A stretch of 64,000 bases of DNA from an uncultured Acidimicrobiia bacterium (lineage in GTDB: Bacteria > Acidobacteriota > Terriglobia > Versatilivoradales > Versatilivoraceae). Both the position numbers and the translations under genes were made by a program. Positions within the stretch are counted from its first letter, which is position 1; each line of letters begins with the position of its first letter. This document shows positions 31,544 through 42,943 of this stretch, piece by piece. The stretch is taken from positions 192,062 through 256,061 of the forward strand of contig CAVVYL010000044.1 of assembly GCA_963752385.1 (NCBI GenBank), given 5' to 3'. The notes beneath the pieces are model-generated. The model worked only from the letters and a program-made list of their open reading frames with translations, had not been told where the DNA came from and made no database searches.

Positions 31544-32740
31544 TTGGTCGTTCGTCTATGGAGTGGCGGTCCAAAGATTCCGACTGTTCCCGTTCCAATT
31601 CATCCGCCAGGCGGAACTGGGTGCAAAGGAGATGCTGCCTATCTTAACTGGAAAGCTTCCTTGGTATATCGGCAGACCGATCGAACCGAGGCGGTAATCA
31701 TACATCGACCGAACGCCTTTTCCGAAGGACTCACGTTGGTGAGCGGCCTGACGAAGGAAGGCGATATCGAAGTAAAAGTTATTACACGCGAAGGAGAAAC
31801 GGTGCATCGATGGCTCATCGATTGGTTCGACGGGTTTTGGCCTGATCCGCGTCACATTCCTGAAGAAGAGATCCCGCAGAGGCGGCCGGCCACGCATATC
31901 CACGGCATCGCTCTTTTGAAAAACGGAGATTTGGTTTTCAACCTGGATGGTTTCGGGCTTGTGCGGATGGATCTGTGCGGGAAGGTCGTCTGGCGGCTGC
32001 CTTATCGAACGCACCATGCGCTTCATGTGGACGAGACGGGAAATATTTGGGTGGCGGGCCAAAAGCGGATCATGAAGCGTTCTCCTGAACTTGCCTAATT
32101 ATCGGCCTCCATTCGAGGAGTACACTGTGCTGAAAGTGACGCCGGACGGCGAAATTTTGCGTGAAATCTCGATTTTCGATGTGCTGATCAAGAATGGGCT
32201 CCAAGGGCCTCTTGTACATGTCAGGCCAAATATAGTGATACAACGGAGGTCACCGGCGACACTCTCCACATGAACGACGTGGAAATTTTCCCGTCGCATC
32301 TGCAACCGGGCGTGTTTGAACGCAGGCGACATCATGATTTCGTTTCGAAATCATCCACGCCGTCATGGTTTTTAACCCTGAAACTCTAAAGATCAAATAT
32401 CTCACCATAGGCAAAGTGGTTCGTCAGCACGATCCCGACTTCATCGACGGAAACAGAATATCGATTTTCGACAACAATCACGTCGGCGCCCGAATCTCAA
32501 GGTCGCGCAAAGCAGAATAGTCGTCGTGTGTGCGACCAACGATCAAGTGCAAGTGATTTATTCGGGGTCGAGCGAACGGCCGTTTTATACGCACATATGG
32601 GGAAGCACCAATGGCTGCCGAACGGAAACATTCTGATTACAGAATCCACGAAAGGCCGCGCCTTCGAAATCGATCCCGAAGGCGCGCTCGTTTGGGAATA
32701 CTTCAATTTGGTCGACAAAGGGCCGTCTCGCGCTGGCTCA
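31544..32740 (+). pseudogene. arylsulfotransferase (ASST, beta-propeller) homologue with multiple frameshifts and stops
   Basis: ASST-like blocks across three frames: THIHGIALLKNGDLVFN, ALHVDETGNIWVAG, HMNDVEIF, NGNILITESTKGRAFEIDPEGALVWEY. Intervening sequence has stops in every frame. Confidence 0.5.
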
Positions 32741-33581
32741 CCGAAGCCGAGCGCCTGCCGTCTTTCTTTACCCCTTCGTTCTTCAGCTGAAGGTCGTCGC
32801 AAGTGCGCTAAGTGCTCAAACGGCAGTGGCATCAACGCCTCGATGAAAACTGACACTTGGCGGCAAGACATTCGGCATTTCGGGTTTCAGAGTTTTAGTG
32901 GATGCGTACCGATCAAAGAATTTAGGAGGTGTGTCATGAAGCGAGGTAATTTAACTGTGGTCTGCGTCACTGCTGCAGTTGCGCTCTTTCGATGTGGGCG
33001 ACGCCTGCTTTCGCCTATTTGGGCCCTGGCGTCGGCCTCACGGCGATCGGTGCATTCCTCGCCTTGATCGTCGGGGTGATCGTCGCTTTTTTCGGTTTCA
33101 TTTGGTATCCGGTGAAACGTCTCTTGCGAAAGGGAAAAGCCGATAAGCGCATCCCCGAGCGCACCGCAGCAAAAGCCTCAAGCTGAGTCTGTCGACGAAG
33201 GCGCATGACCTCGTTCATTGGAGCGGTTTTGCTCGTCGGCGGCGTGATCGCTCTGATCAAGATCTTTGGGCTGTTCCCAAGAGCATTGCAGGCGGTGCGC
33301 ACGTCGAGGGGCGCTCTCGATGTTATGAACGATCCCGCAATTAGGGGATAATCGTAAAGAGTCGCTGCTGCAAGGGTACAGCCTATCGCTTCTCAGATCG
33401 TTCCTGGATCTCTTGATCCGCGGCGCCGGATCGATCGCTATACCCGTCGGACTATTGTGGGCTTTGGAATTCGCCGGCGTCTTGTCGCTCGAGGCGGTAT
33501 TGGATCTCACGCTTTCCTGGCCGTTTCTGCTCGGCGGCGTCATAGCGGCCATAGCGGCCTTCTGGCTCTTAGAGAAATGAA

Positions 33582-34685
33582 ATGGCCTTCGAAAACCGCT
33601 ACTCGGCTCTCGACCGTCTTCTTCACAAACTCGCTTTCTCCACTCGCAAGGCGCAAATCGGCTTGGCCGACGTCGAAGACATTATTTTCCGCGACCGGCT
33701 TGCGCGCCATGAGCTCGATCGGCCGCTTTTCATCACAGCCTTGCCGCGGGCGGGAACGACGCTTCTTTTGGAGCTTTGCGTCGCGTCAGGCGAATTTGCC
33801 TCGCATACGTATCGTCACATGCCTTTCATTCTTATCCCGATGCTGTGGAACCGCTTTAGCGAAGGGTTCCGGCGCTCCGATGCGCCGCGCGAGCGGGCTC
33901 ATGGCGACGGTATGCTGGTGAGCGTCGACAGCCCGGAGGCCTTTGAGGAGACGGCCTGGATCGCTTTTTGGCCGAAACATTATAAACGCGATCGAATCAT
34001 TCCATGGCGAGAGGAAGAAGACGGCATTTTTCGAGATTTCTTGGAAAATCACTTCAAAAAGATTGTCGCGTTGTCGGCGAAAGAGGGCGACGGCATGGCC
34101 GATCTCCCAAATTCGCCTCCCCGGTACGTTTCGAAAAACAATCTCAATATTGCGAGGATCGCGTGGTTGGCGCGTAATTTTCGCGACGCATTGTTTTTAA
34201 TTCCCTTTCGCGACCCTAGTTCAGCATTGCGCGTCTCTGCTTCGCCAGCACCTGAACTTTCTAGAGATTCATCGACACGATCCCTTCGCAAAGCGCTACA
34301 TGGAGGGGATCGGACATTTCGATTTCGGCGACAATCTGCGCCCGGTGGACTTCGACGGCTGGCTGCGACAGCTCGAAGCATCGCGACCCGAGAGAGATGG
34401 GCTTCTGGCTTGAATATTGGTGTGCGGCCTACCGGTCGCTTATCGAAGAGGCAACGGAACGCGTGCGCTTTGTTAAATTACGATGCGTTTTGCGCCGACC
34501 CGCGGTTGGGGTTGGAGCGCGTCGCAAATTTCATCGATGTCGAGAATAAAGACGCCTTTCTTGCCCAGGCTGAACGGATTCATGCGCCGTCATCCCACGA
34601 AATCGATGGCGCCTTGCTTGACGAAACTCTTGTCGAAGAGGCAAAAGCCTTGTATTCCCGTTTGGCGGCGTTCTCCATCGTTTAG
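33582..34685 (+). pseudogene. PAPS-dependent sulfotransferase-family protein with >=3 frameshifts in the C-terminal half
   Basis: 5'-PSB-like ITALPRAGTTLL and 3'-PB-like RYVSKNNLNIARIAWL. After ~34200 plausible sequence continues in other frames (HCASLLRQHLNFLEIHRHDPFAKRYMEGIGHFDFGDNLRPVDFDGWL; FWLEYWCAAYRSLIEEATERVRFV) before returning to the original frame. Confidence 0.55.
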
Positions 34686-35067
34686 TTTTGTCTAAGGGAG
34701 CGAAACTCGCACTGAGAATCACAAAATTTCATCGAGTTCGATCGCTATGCTATAGAAAACTGGCGCTTGGATGAGGAGTTGAGCGATGAAGCTATGGTGA
34801 CATGCAGTAGATTGAGGAATTGCTTTGGCAGCCGCTATCGGTATGCGAACAGCGAGAATGACAACGCCTGCCGCTTTGAGGCAAGCTGTATCCTTGGAAT
34901 CGACTCGGTCGTGAACCCGTATTGAATTGGTGGCTGTTGCGTGTCTCTGCCATATCGCGACCTGATTCTTCTCCACCTTGAGATCAATTTCGCTATAATC
35001 GCGAGGCAAACCACGCCCTGGTTTCGCTGCCTGACGCCTGCTAACTTCTCCAAGGATCTTCTAGCTT

Positions 35068-38000
35068 GTGCTCACTGATCTTTATCCCCTGCGATGGCAG
35101 CGATTTCAAAGCCAATTTCGGCCAGCAAACCGGAAATCAAGCGGTTGGTGCGTGTCCCCTTCCTGGAGGGAATCGGCCATGAGTAATGCAACATCATTTA
35201 GGAAAGAAAGCGATTGGATAGAAACCTGGGGTCTCAACGAAGCCGGTTTTGGGACGCTGATACAGAATCTGCCGATCGGATTCATCGTGCAAGGTCCAAA
35301 GACAGAGATCCTCTTCATCAATCAAGCTGCACGGGACATGCTCGGTCTAAGCGAGTCACCACTGTTGGGTGAAGGCTCCTATGCGTCGCAATGGGATGTT
35401 ATCGATGAGGATGGCGCGCCTTTTCCTAGCGACACTCACCCGGCAGCCCGAGCTGCTGCGACTGGCCAACCGGTGCGGAGTGTGGTGATGGGGGTTTGTC
35501 GACCTTCACTGCAAGATCGCGTGTGGCTGCTGATGAATGCGGATCCGCAGCTGGCACCGGATGGCAGTCTCAGGTGCGTGGTCTGCACGTTCACTGACAT
35601 CAGTGAGCGCAAACAGGCAGAGGAAGCCTTGCTTGAGAGCCGACAGCGACATGAAGAACTCCTTAGATCAATCGATGGCATCGTGTGGGAGTCCGACCCA
35701 CAGACTTTCGCGTTTACGTTTGTGACTGAGCAAGCAGAACGGATGCTCGGTTATCCACGTGAGCGGTGGCTCTCCGAGCCAACATTCTGGCAAGACCACC
35801 TTCACCCACAGGATCGAGACGCGGCCCTTGCCTTCTGTCTGAAAGCCACCGCGGACCTGCAGCCGCATCAGTTGGAGTACCGGATGATCGCGGCGGACGG
35901 TCGAGCCGTGTGGCTTAGGGACATCACTAGCGTTGTCGCGCAGGACGGCAGGCCGGTGAGGTCCCGTGGCATCCTGGTGGATGTCACGGAATTCAAGCGA
36001 GCCCAGGAAGCACTGCGTCAAAGCGACGCCCTTAACCGCCATATCATTGAGAGCAGCACCGACTGTATCAAGATTCTGGACCTCGAAGGCAATCTTCTGT
36101 ACATCAACCGCTTCGGGCAACAAGCGCTGCAGATCGATGACCTCTCCACCTGCCTGGGTAAGCCCTGGCTCGATCTCTGCCTGGGCGCGGACACGCAAGC
36201 CGCCTACTCGGCGATTGCCACAGCCAAGGCCGGGGGAACTGGGACCTTTGAATCCTATTGCCTGATATCACGAGGCAATCCGAGCTGGTGGCACGTCGTC
36301 GTCACTCCTATGAAGGATGCTCAAGGAAATGTCGAACGCCTGCTGGCGGTCTCCCGGGACATCACTGAGAGCAAGCGGGGTGAAGAGGCGCTGCGCGAGA
36401 GTGAAGAACGCATACGGGCCATCCTGAGGGCCTTGCCCGACCTGATGTTCCTGGTGGACGGTGAGCAGGTCATTGTCGACTACCATGCCCGGGATCGCTC
36501 CGATTTGTTCGTGCCACCCGAGCATTTCCTGGGGAAAAAAGTGGAGGACGTGTTGCCGGCGCCGGTTTCCCAGGGGCTGCGGCGCTGTTTTGAGGGCGCG
36601 GCGAAGTCTAGCGACCCGATCCTGTTTGAGTATTCGCTGCCCTTGGGAGGAGCAGATTTCTTCTTTGAAGCACGCGTGGTGGCTTGTGCCGGTAACAGGT
36701 TCTTAAGCATCGTGCGCAACTTTACCGAACGCAAACGCGCGGAAGAATCGCTGCGTGAGAGCGAGGAAAAGAATCGGGCTATCCTGAAGGCGATTCCCGA
36801 CCTAATGTTCCTGCTGGACAAAGAAGGAGTCTACCTCGACTACCACGCCAAGGACGAACACCAATTGTTGGTGCCGCCTGAGAAGTTTGTGGGGCGAAAC
36901 ATCCGGGACGTGCTGCCGCCGGAGTTGGCCGAAGCTCTGGCGCCCTGCTTCGACTCGTGCCCTGCAGTCTGGAGAGACTCAGGTATTGGAGTACACGCTC
37001 CCTATTTTCGGCGAGGAGCGCAACTTTGAGGCACGCGTCGTCCCTTGCGGACAAGACAAATTGCTGAGTCTGGTGCGTGATATCACCGAGGGGAAACGAG
37101 CCGAACAGGCGCTTCGAAACCTGGTGGCAGGCACGGCGGCAGTGACGGGAGAGGAATTCTTTCCGGCGCTGGTTCGTCATGTCGCGGCTGCTCTCGATGC
37201 CCACTGTGCGGCTGTCACGCAAGCAGTGGATGGTGAGAGGGATCGGCTCCGAATCCTTGCAATGTGGGTGGGTCGAGACTGGGTCGGCAACTTCGAGTAT
37301 GACGTGAACCACACTCCCTGCGGGGAGGTGATGCGCGAAAGAAAGACGTGCTATTACCCGAACCACGTCCAGGAACTGTTCCCCCAAGATGGATTCCTAG
37401 CTGACTTGGGGGCAACGAGTTACATGGCAACGCCCCTTCTCAACTCATCAGGCCAGCCGATTGGCCATCTCTGCGTCATTGACACGAAGCCGCTGACTGG
37501 TGAGCAGCGTGCCCGCTCAATCCTGGAGATATTCGCCGGACGGGCAGCAGCCGAACTTCAACGGAAGCAGGCCGAAGAGGCCCTGCGCGAGAGCCAGAGG
37601 CGTTACGCGTTGGCCTCGGCCGCCGGCAGGGTGGGAGTGTGGGACTGGAATCTGGACACGAATGAGATCTATGTCGAGCCTCTCCTAAAGCGCATTCTTG
37701 GGTACGAGGACCATGAGATCCGAAATCATGAGGACGATTGGTCTCGGCTGGTCCACCCTGACGATACGGAAAGAGTCTCAGCCGAATTGCGAGACTATCT
37801 GGAGGGACACACTTCCTATTTCGAGAGTGAGCATCGGATGCTCCACAAGGACGGAGATATCCGCTGGTTTCTCGCCCGCGGCCTTGCCCGAAGGGATGAA
37901 ACTGGCCGTCTCTCTCGCATATCCGGAACCGACACGGAAATCACCGAGCAAAAGAGAATGCGGGAAGCCCTTCGGGAAACCGAAGTCCTCAAGCAGGCTG

Positions 38001-39058
38001 TGCTGAACTCGTTGCAGCATAATATCGCCGTCCTCGACCAAAATGGAACCATAGTTACCGTCAATGAGGTCTGGAACCGGTTCGCCTTTGACAATGGTGC
38101 GGCCTCCTTGCTCGGTATCGGTGTGGGAGTGAACTATCTGGATGTTTGCCGGAGGGTCGCAGGAAAGGATGGCGGGTATGCCCTGGAGGCTTTGAGTGGC
38201 ATCCAAGCGGTGCTGAACGGAGCCAGAGAGACTTTCGCGATGGAGTACTACTGTCCCTCGCTTTCAGAGGATCGGTGGTTTCTGATGTCGGTTGCGCCCC
38301 TCAGGAGAAGTGAAGGAGGGGCTGTGGTCTCGCATACGAATATTACTGAACGCAAACGCGCCGACGAAATCGTCAGGCAGAGTCGAAAAGAGCTGCAGCT
38401 TTTGACCGGACGATTGATCTCGGCGCAGGAAGAGGAGCGTCGTCGACTGGCTCGGGAACTCCATGATGATTTCTCACAGACCCTGGCCGTCCTGGCGATT
38501 GATGCCGGAAAATTGGAGCGTCAAGGACGCGCTCTGCCAGAGGGGATCCGGCAGATGATCGGCAAACTGAAGGACCAAATTGTGCAGTTGTCGTCTGGCA
38601 TTCACGGTCTTTCGCGTCAATTGCATCCCTCAATTTTGGATGATCTGGGATTAGTTGATGCCATCCGATCCGAATGCCTCCACGTCTCGAAAAGGGAGGG
38701 CGTTCCAGTGGAGTTCACCCCTGGAAGCGTTCCGGATGTGCTTCCCCGAGAGGTGTCGCTGTGTCTCTATCGTGTGATTCAGGAGGGCTTGAGGAACATC
38801 GCTAAGCACGCCCGGGCTCGGCACGCTCAGATTAGCCTGGGTCAAGACAATGGGGGTCTTCGCCTCATCATCCAGGATGACGGTCTGGGGTTCGATCCGG
38901 CCCAGCTACGCCGCAAAGCGGGATTGGGTTTGGCCAGCATGCGGGAGCGGGTTCGAATGTTACAGGCAGAACTGCTGGTGCACTCGGAACCGGGACGAGG
39001 GACGCGCCTCGAGGTCAGCATCCCCTTGGAGCGAGCCAATGCCGCGACAGCCGGGTGA
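35068..39058 (+). pseudogene. giant multi-PAS/GAF sensor histidine kinase (HisKA_3 + HATPase_c), ~1330 aa if read through. Interrupted by a single-base frameshift near 36957
   Basis: ORF 35068..37029 carries four or more PAS repeats. ORF 36887..39058 carries PAS, GAF-like, PAS, HisKA_3 (ELHDDFSQTLAVLAID) and a GxGxG ATPase domain. Deleting one T in TCG TGC CCT (tcgtgccctg) converts ...FDSCPAVWRDSGIGV... into ...FDSALQSGETQVLEYTLPIFGEE..., which parallels the earlier repeat SDPILFEYSLPLGGADFFFEARVV. Confidence 0.75.
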
Positions 39059-39420
39059 ATCCAGGCGCTGGCGCAGTGCCGTGTGGTTCCCAAATGATGG
39101 GACTTCGAGATTTCTATCATCTTGTAGCCGACAGGTTTGGGTCTCCTCGTCGAGAGAAATGGCAGCTCGCCGGATGTCCCTTGAGTTCACCCGGAAGCGG
39201 ACAAAATTGACAAAGACGTCCGTGTCTTTAGAACGTCAGGAGTCCCAGCCGAAATGTGGGAAGAGAGGAGGTTCATCGTCTCCATGTTCAAAGTTCTATC
39301 GATTGTATGCGTTCTTGCAAACGGCCAACTCGGACGTGGAAATCGGTCACAACTACTACCTCGCGAATATCGCACAGCGTCTAGACCGCAAAATTCCGGG
39401 GGGATGTAAAAAAGGGAAGT

Positions 39421-39885
39421 GTGATTGATGATTCTGACGCTCAGAGCTATGACACCAGGAAATACAGGCCACCTTGGAAACGCTCTTCACAGCGCCCCAA
39501 GGCGATTGATGCCTATGAAAGAGCGATCCACTTGGATAAGGCAGGGAAGATGCCGCCATCTGAGGATTCTTATGTGGAGTATGCCAACCAGGGCGAAACT
39601 GAGAAAAGCATCTCACTGTTAGAGGATGGGCTGAGTAAGAATCCTCGATCCGCTCGCGCAAATTTTGAGTTGGGTAGAGTCCTATTTAAGGCTGGTCAGC
39701 TCGAAAATGCCGAAAGGTACCTCCACGACGCAGCGACACTCGATCCAAATTTCTCCCGCCCTCACTTCTTTCTGGGCAAGCTCTACCAGAAACAGAACCG
39801 ATTGAAGGAGGCAAATGTACACTGGTCTCTTTTTCGAAAGTTGGACGGCAATAGTGAAAATCGGGAGGCCCAAATCACGCGTTAG
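39421..39885 (+). CDS. tetratricopeptide-repeat (TPR) protein
   Basis: Two to three TPR-like repeats (AIDAYERAIHLD; ANFELGRVLFKAGQLENAERYLHDAATLDPNF; PHFFLGKLYQKQNRLKEA). Start uncertain. Confidence 0.4.
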   Translation: MIDDSDAQSYDTRKYRPPWKRSSQRPKAIDAYERAIHLDKAGKMPPSEDSYVEYANQGETEKSISLLEDGLSKNPRSARANFELGRVLFKAGQLENAERYLHDAATLDPNFSRPHFFLGKLYQKQNRLKEANVHWSLFRKLDGNSENREAQITR

Positions 39886-40445
39886 TCAGCGCTTCAAGCG
39901 AGAATCCAGTGGGAAGAATGATTCCAACTCCAGGTTTTCCCGATCGAGTTCATGACTGTGGAGCTTGGGCCCTGCCACGAGTCTTCAGGATCTGACCTTT
40001 TTGGCGCGAAGCCCATGATTTTGAGCAGGACGTCTATCACGGAGGGTTTTTCCGAAGGAGAAGAGCTAAGTCTGGTCGAACCAGATGCAGGGAGGCGCGC
40101 CGCTGTCTTGATTCCAGCCAACCTAGCTGCAGGGTCACAAAACCCCCACGGCCGCCAAGACACGCAGCATGAAGATAGGCGACGAAGCAGGCCGCCCCTA
40201 CTCGATTTTTGGCGTAAGCTCCCGCAACTGTTGAGAAGAAGTCAGTCGTCCTGTCGGACGCCTACCTTGGCTGATTAGAAATCCGTCCGCAATACGGAAA
40301 GAACACCGCAATGCAAAAGATCTCTTGACAAGAGCAGTTCCCTGATTAGACTGATTATCACGTGTTGCCCTGTTTGGCGTTGACCTTGCCTTTGCCTCAA
40401 CCTTCCGGCTGTGTTTCGCCACTCCCTAGCGTCAAAGCTCCTCCT

Positions 40446-41873
40446 ATGAAAGTATTGGACTCCGCTACCGTTGACCTGTTGTGGTATGACGCCGACATCC
40501 GCGAAGAGCGGCTTCGCGAAGTCGTGCGCGATCGGCTCGCCGAAAATCCCCCGCCGCGGCTTACCGACCAGATCGTGGCAACCTATTTCTTCGCGTTCCG
40601 TACGCTCACCCTTCGAGAGGCGGTCAAAGAGATCAGCTACCACGCCACGAGCGGCATCAAGGAGCCGCCGCCCCGTTCGCTACTAGAGCAGTGCACAGGC
40701 ACGGCGGCGGGCATCGAGCCCTTCGACGCCACCGGTCGAATCGGTCTAGTACATATGGCCTACCCGCTGAAGATGCTGCTCCAGCCAGACGGTCACCTCA
40801 CGACCTGCGATATTTTGCACACGACCGCCGGAGCGATTATCTTTGACGTGTACGAGAACCAGGACGCGCGGCTGGTCGCCTTGCAGATTCCCGAGGAAGT
40901 CCTCAGAACTTTCCCCGGTCCTGCCCATGGTCCCTTCGGTTTGCGCGAGCGCACCGGATTCGCTGCAGACGAGCCGGCTTTCGGCACCATCCTGAAACCG
41001 ACCGCCGGCATTACGCCGAAGGAGGTCGGAAACCTGGTAGAGCAAGCGGGGGCCTGCCCGCTGTTTTTGTTTATTAAAGAGGATGAAAACCTCTATCCCA
41101 ACCTCGATTACTCACCCGCTCACGACCGAACACGACACGCCGTGGCGGCCTTGCAACGCGTGCGGGAGCAGCGCCGCGGCAAAGGGTTGATTTTTGCGCC
41201 CCACGTCACCGGTTCGCCGCATGAGATCCTGGATACAGTCCAGGCCGTGGTGGAAGCAGGTGCTACTGGCGTCATGTTCAGCGAGAGCTTCAGCGGCGGC
41301 ACTGTCCGCATGGTCCGGGAGGCGACTCGCCACTTGCCAAATCCGCCGGCTATCTACGGGCACAATGCCGGTATCGGCGTTAAGACACGTTCCATCTGGC
41401 GCGAGGTCATCGATTTGTTGGCTCGGCTCGACGGAATCGATTTCCGACAGACGGCTCCAGTCAAGCCGGGCAGGCCTTTCCTCCGGCCCTACGGCCTAGA
41501 GTGGGACGCGTCGGAGGAGATACTAAGCCGCCCGCTTCCCGGTATCAAGCCGGTGATGATCGCGCGGGCCGGCAGTCTCGATCAGGGTAACATTGGCCTG
41601 AATCTCGCCGATGCCGAGAAACGTGGTCTTGGAGCCAACATCCTGTTTTTGGCCGGTTCGGCGATTAACTCGATCAAGAATGCTAGCGGGAAGTACGACT
41701 CGAAGGTTGGCGCGGAGGCCATGCAACAGGCGCTCGAGGTTCACCGCTCGGGCGAACTGAGCGACGTGCCCATGGAGCAGCACGTTACGGCGCTGGCCGC
41801 AGCGGCCGAGCGCAAGAGTCTGAAAGCGCTACGGGAGGCCTTGCGGCAGCGTTATCCTGGGAGGGCCTCGTGA
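40446..41873 (+). CDS. RuBisCO large-subunit-like protein (RLP, form-IV-like) with divergent active site
   Basis: GTILKPTAGITPKEVGNLVEQAGACPLFLFIKEDENLYPNLDYSP aligns to RuBisCO [41 protein letters not shown]. K175 and K201 equivalents are retained, K177 is replaced by T, and the His327 loop is absent. No small-subunit or CbbX gene nearby. Start at ATG 40446 (MKVLDSATVD). Confidence 0.7.
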   Translation: MKVLDSATVDLLWYDADIREERLREVVRDRLAENPPPRLTDQIVATYFFAFRTLTLREAVKEISYHATSGIKEPPPRSLLEQCTGTAAGIEPFDATGRIGLVHMAYPLKMLLQPDGHLTTCDILHTTAGAIIFDVYENQDARLVALQIPEEVLRTFPGPAHGPFGLRERTGFAADEPAFGTILKPTAGITPKEVGNLVEQAGACPLFLFIKEDENLYPNLDYSPAHDRTRHAVAALQRVREQRRGKGLIFAPHVTGSPHEILDTVQAVVEAGATGVMFSESFSGGTVRMVREATRHLPNPPAIYGHNAGIGVKTRSIWREVIDLLARLDGIDFRQTAPVKPGRPFLRPYGLEWDASEEILSRPLPGIKPVMIARAGSLDQGNIGLNLADAEKRGLGANILFLAGSAINSIKNASGKYDSKVGAEAMQQALEVHRSGELSDVPMEQHVTALAAAAERKSLKALREALRQRYPGRAS

Positions 41874-42943
41874 TGAAAGAGGCGCGGCTCCTGCGCGTAG
41901 GTGTCCTGGGCTGTGGTCCCATCTCACAGTTCGCCCATTTTGACGCCTGCCGCAAGGCCCGTAATGCCGAGTTATATGCGATCTGTGACCTGGCCGAAGA
42001 CCTCGTTGCGCGAATGGAGGCCGTCCACCAGCCGCGGGCCACCTACCTCAGTTTCGAGCAAATGCTCGCCGATCCGCTGCTGGAGGCCGTCATCATTGGG
42101 ACCGCCGACCAGTACCATGTTCCGCTCTGCCGGCAGGCGCTGGCGGCCGGCAAACACGTTCTGGTTGAGAAGCCGTTGGGCGTCAGCGTGGAGGAGTGTG
42201 AAGAACTCCGGCGTCAGGTACGGGAGAGCGGCCTGATTGTGCAAGTCGGGAACAACCGCCGCTTCGACCCGGGGATCGCGTTTGCCAGACGCTTCATTCA
42301 GGAAGACCTCGGGCAGAGGATGGGATTCAAGGCCTGGTACTACGATTCAACCTACCGTTACACGATGACCGACAACCTGCAGCCGATCCCAGTCACCAGC
42401 CGACTGGCGCGTCGGCCGCAGGGCAACCCCAAGGCTGACAAGCGGCGTTATTTCATGCTGACTCATGGCAGTCATCTCGTAGACAGCGCCCGCTTCCTGG
42501 GGGGTGATATCACACAGGTTCGTGCCCGCTTTCTGGAGAGGTTCGGGGCTTACTGCTGGTTCGTTGACGTGGATTTTGCCGATGGTAGCCTCGGCCATCT
42601 GGACCTGACCATCGCCGTGCGAGGCGACATGGAGGAAGGATTTCATCTTTATGGCGAGAACGGCAGCGTGACGGGCAAAGTATTTCTGCCGTGGTTTCAC
42701 AAGTCCAGCTTCGTGGAGTGCTTCTCGGTCAAGGACGGGCAATTCCGCCGACCGCTCGGCGAGGACGCCTACACCTACAAGCTGCAGATCGAGGGGTTCG
42801 CCGACACGATCCTGCGCGGTGCACCGCAGCATGGGGCAACGGTGGAAGAGGGGTTGGCTGCGATGCAAGCCATGGTTGCCATTGCTCGCTCGGCAGAAAC
42901 GGGGAGCCTTGTCAGTCTGGCGGAAGTCACAGGTGGTGTGTGA
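41870..42943 (+). CDS. Gfo/Idh/MocA family oxidoreductase
   Basis: LLRVGVLGCGPISQFAHFDA Rossmann motif and VLVEKPLGVSVEECEEL. 4-nt overlap with the RLP gene stop. Confidence 0.85.
   Translation: MMKEARLLRVGVLGCGPISQFAHFDACRKARNAELYAICDLAEDLVARMEAVHQPRATYLSFEQMLADPLLEAVIIGTADQYHVPLCRQALAAGKHVLVEKPLGVSVEECEELRRQVRESGLIVQVGNNRRFDPGIAFARRFIQEDLGQRMGFKAWYYDSTYRYTMTDNLQPIPVTSRLARRPQGNPKADKRRYFMLTHGSHLVDSARFLGGDITQVRARFLERFGAYCWFVDVDFADGSLGHLDLTIAVRGDMEEGFHLYGENGSVTGKVFLPWFHKSSFVECFSVKDGQFRRPLGEDAYTYKLQIEGFADTILRGAPQHGATVEEGLAAMQAMVAIARSAETGSLVSLAEVTGGV

Noticed and set aside
35068-39058. Considered annotating two separate sensor proteins instead of one frameshifted kinase
   Set aside because: The first ORF has no transmitter domain and ends in non-protein-like text (PAVWRDSGIGVHAPYFRRGAQL). 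A one-base correction restores the PAS repeat register continuously into the second ORF.
40446-41873. Possibility that the RuBisCO homologue is a bona fide CO2-fixing RuBisCO
   Set aside because: K177 and the His327/loop-6 region are not conserved, and there is no small-subunit, CbbX/CbbQ or phosphoribulokinase gene nearby. The neighbours are sugar-catabolic enzymes. All of this fits a form-IV RLP.
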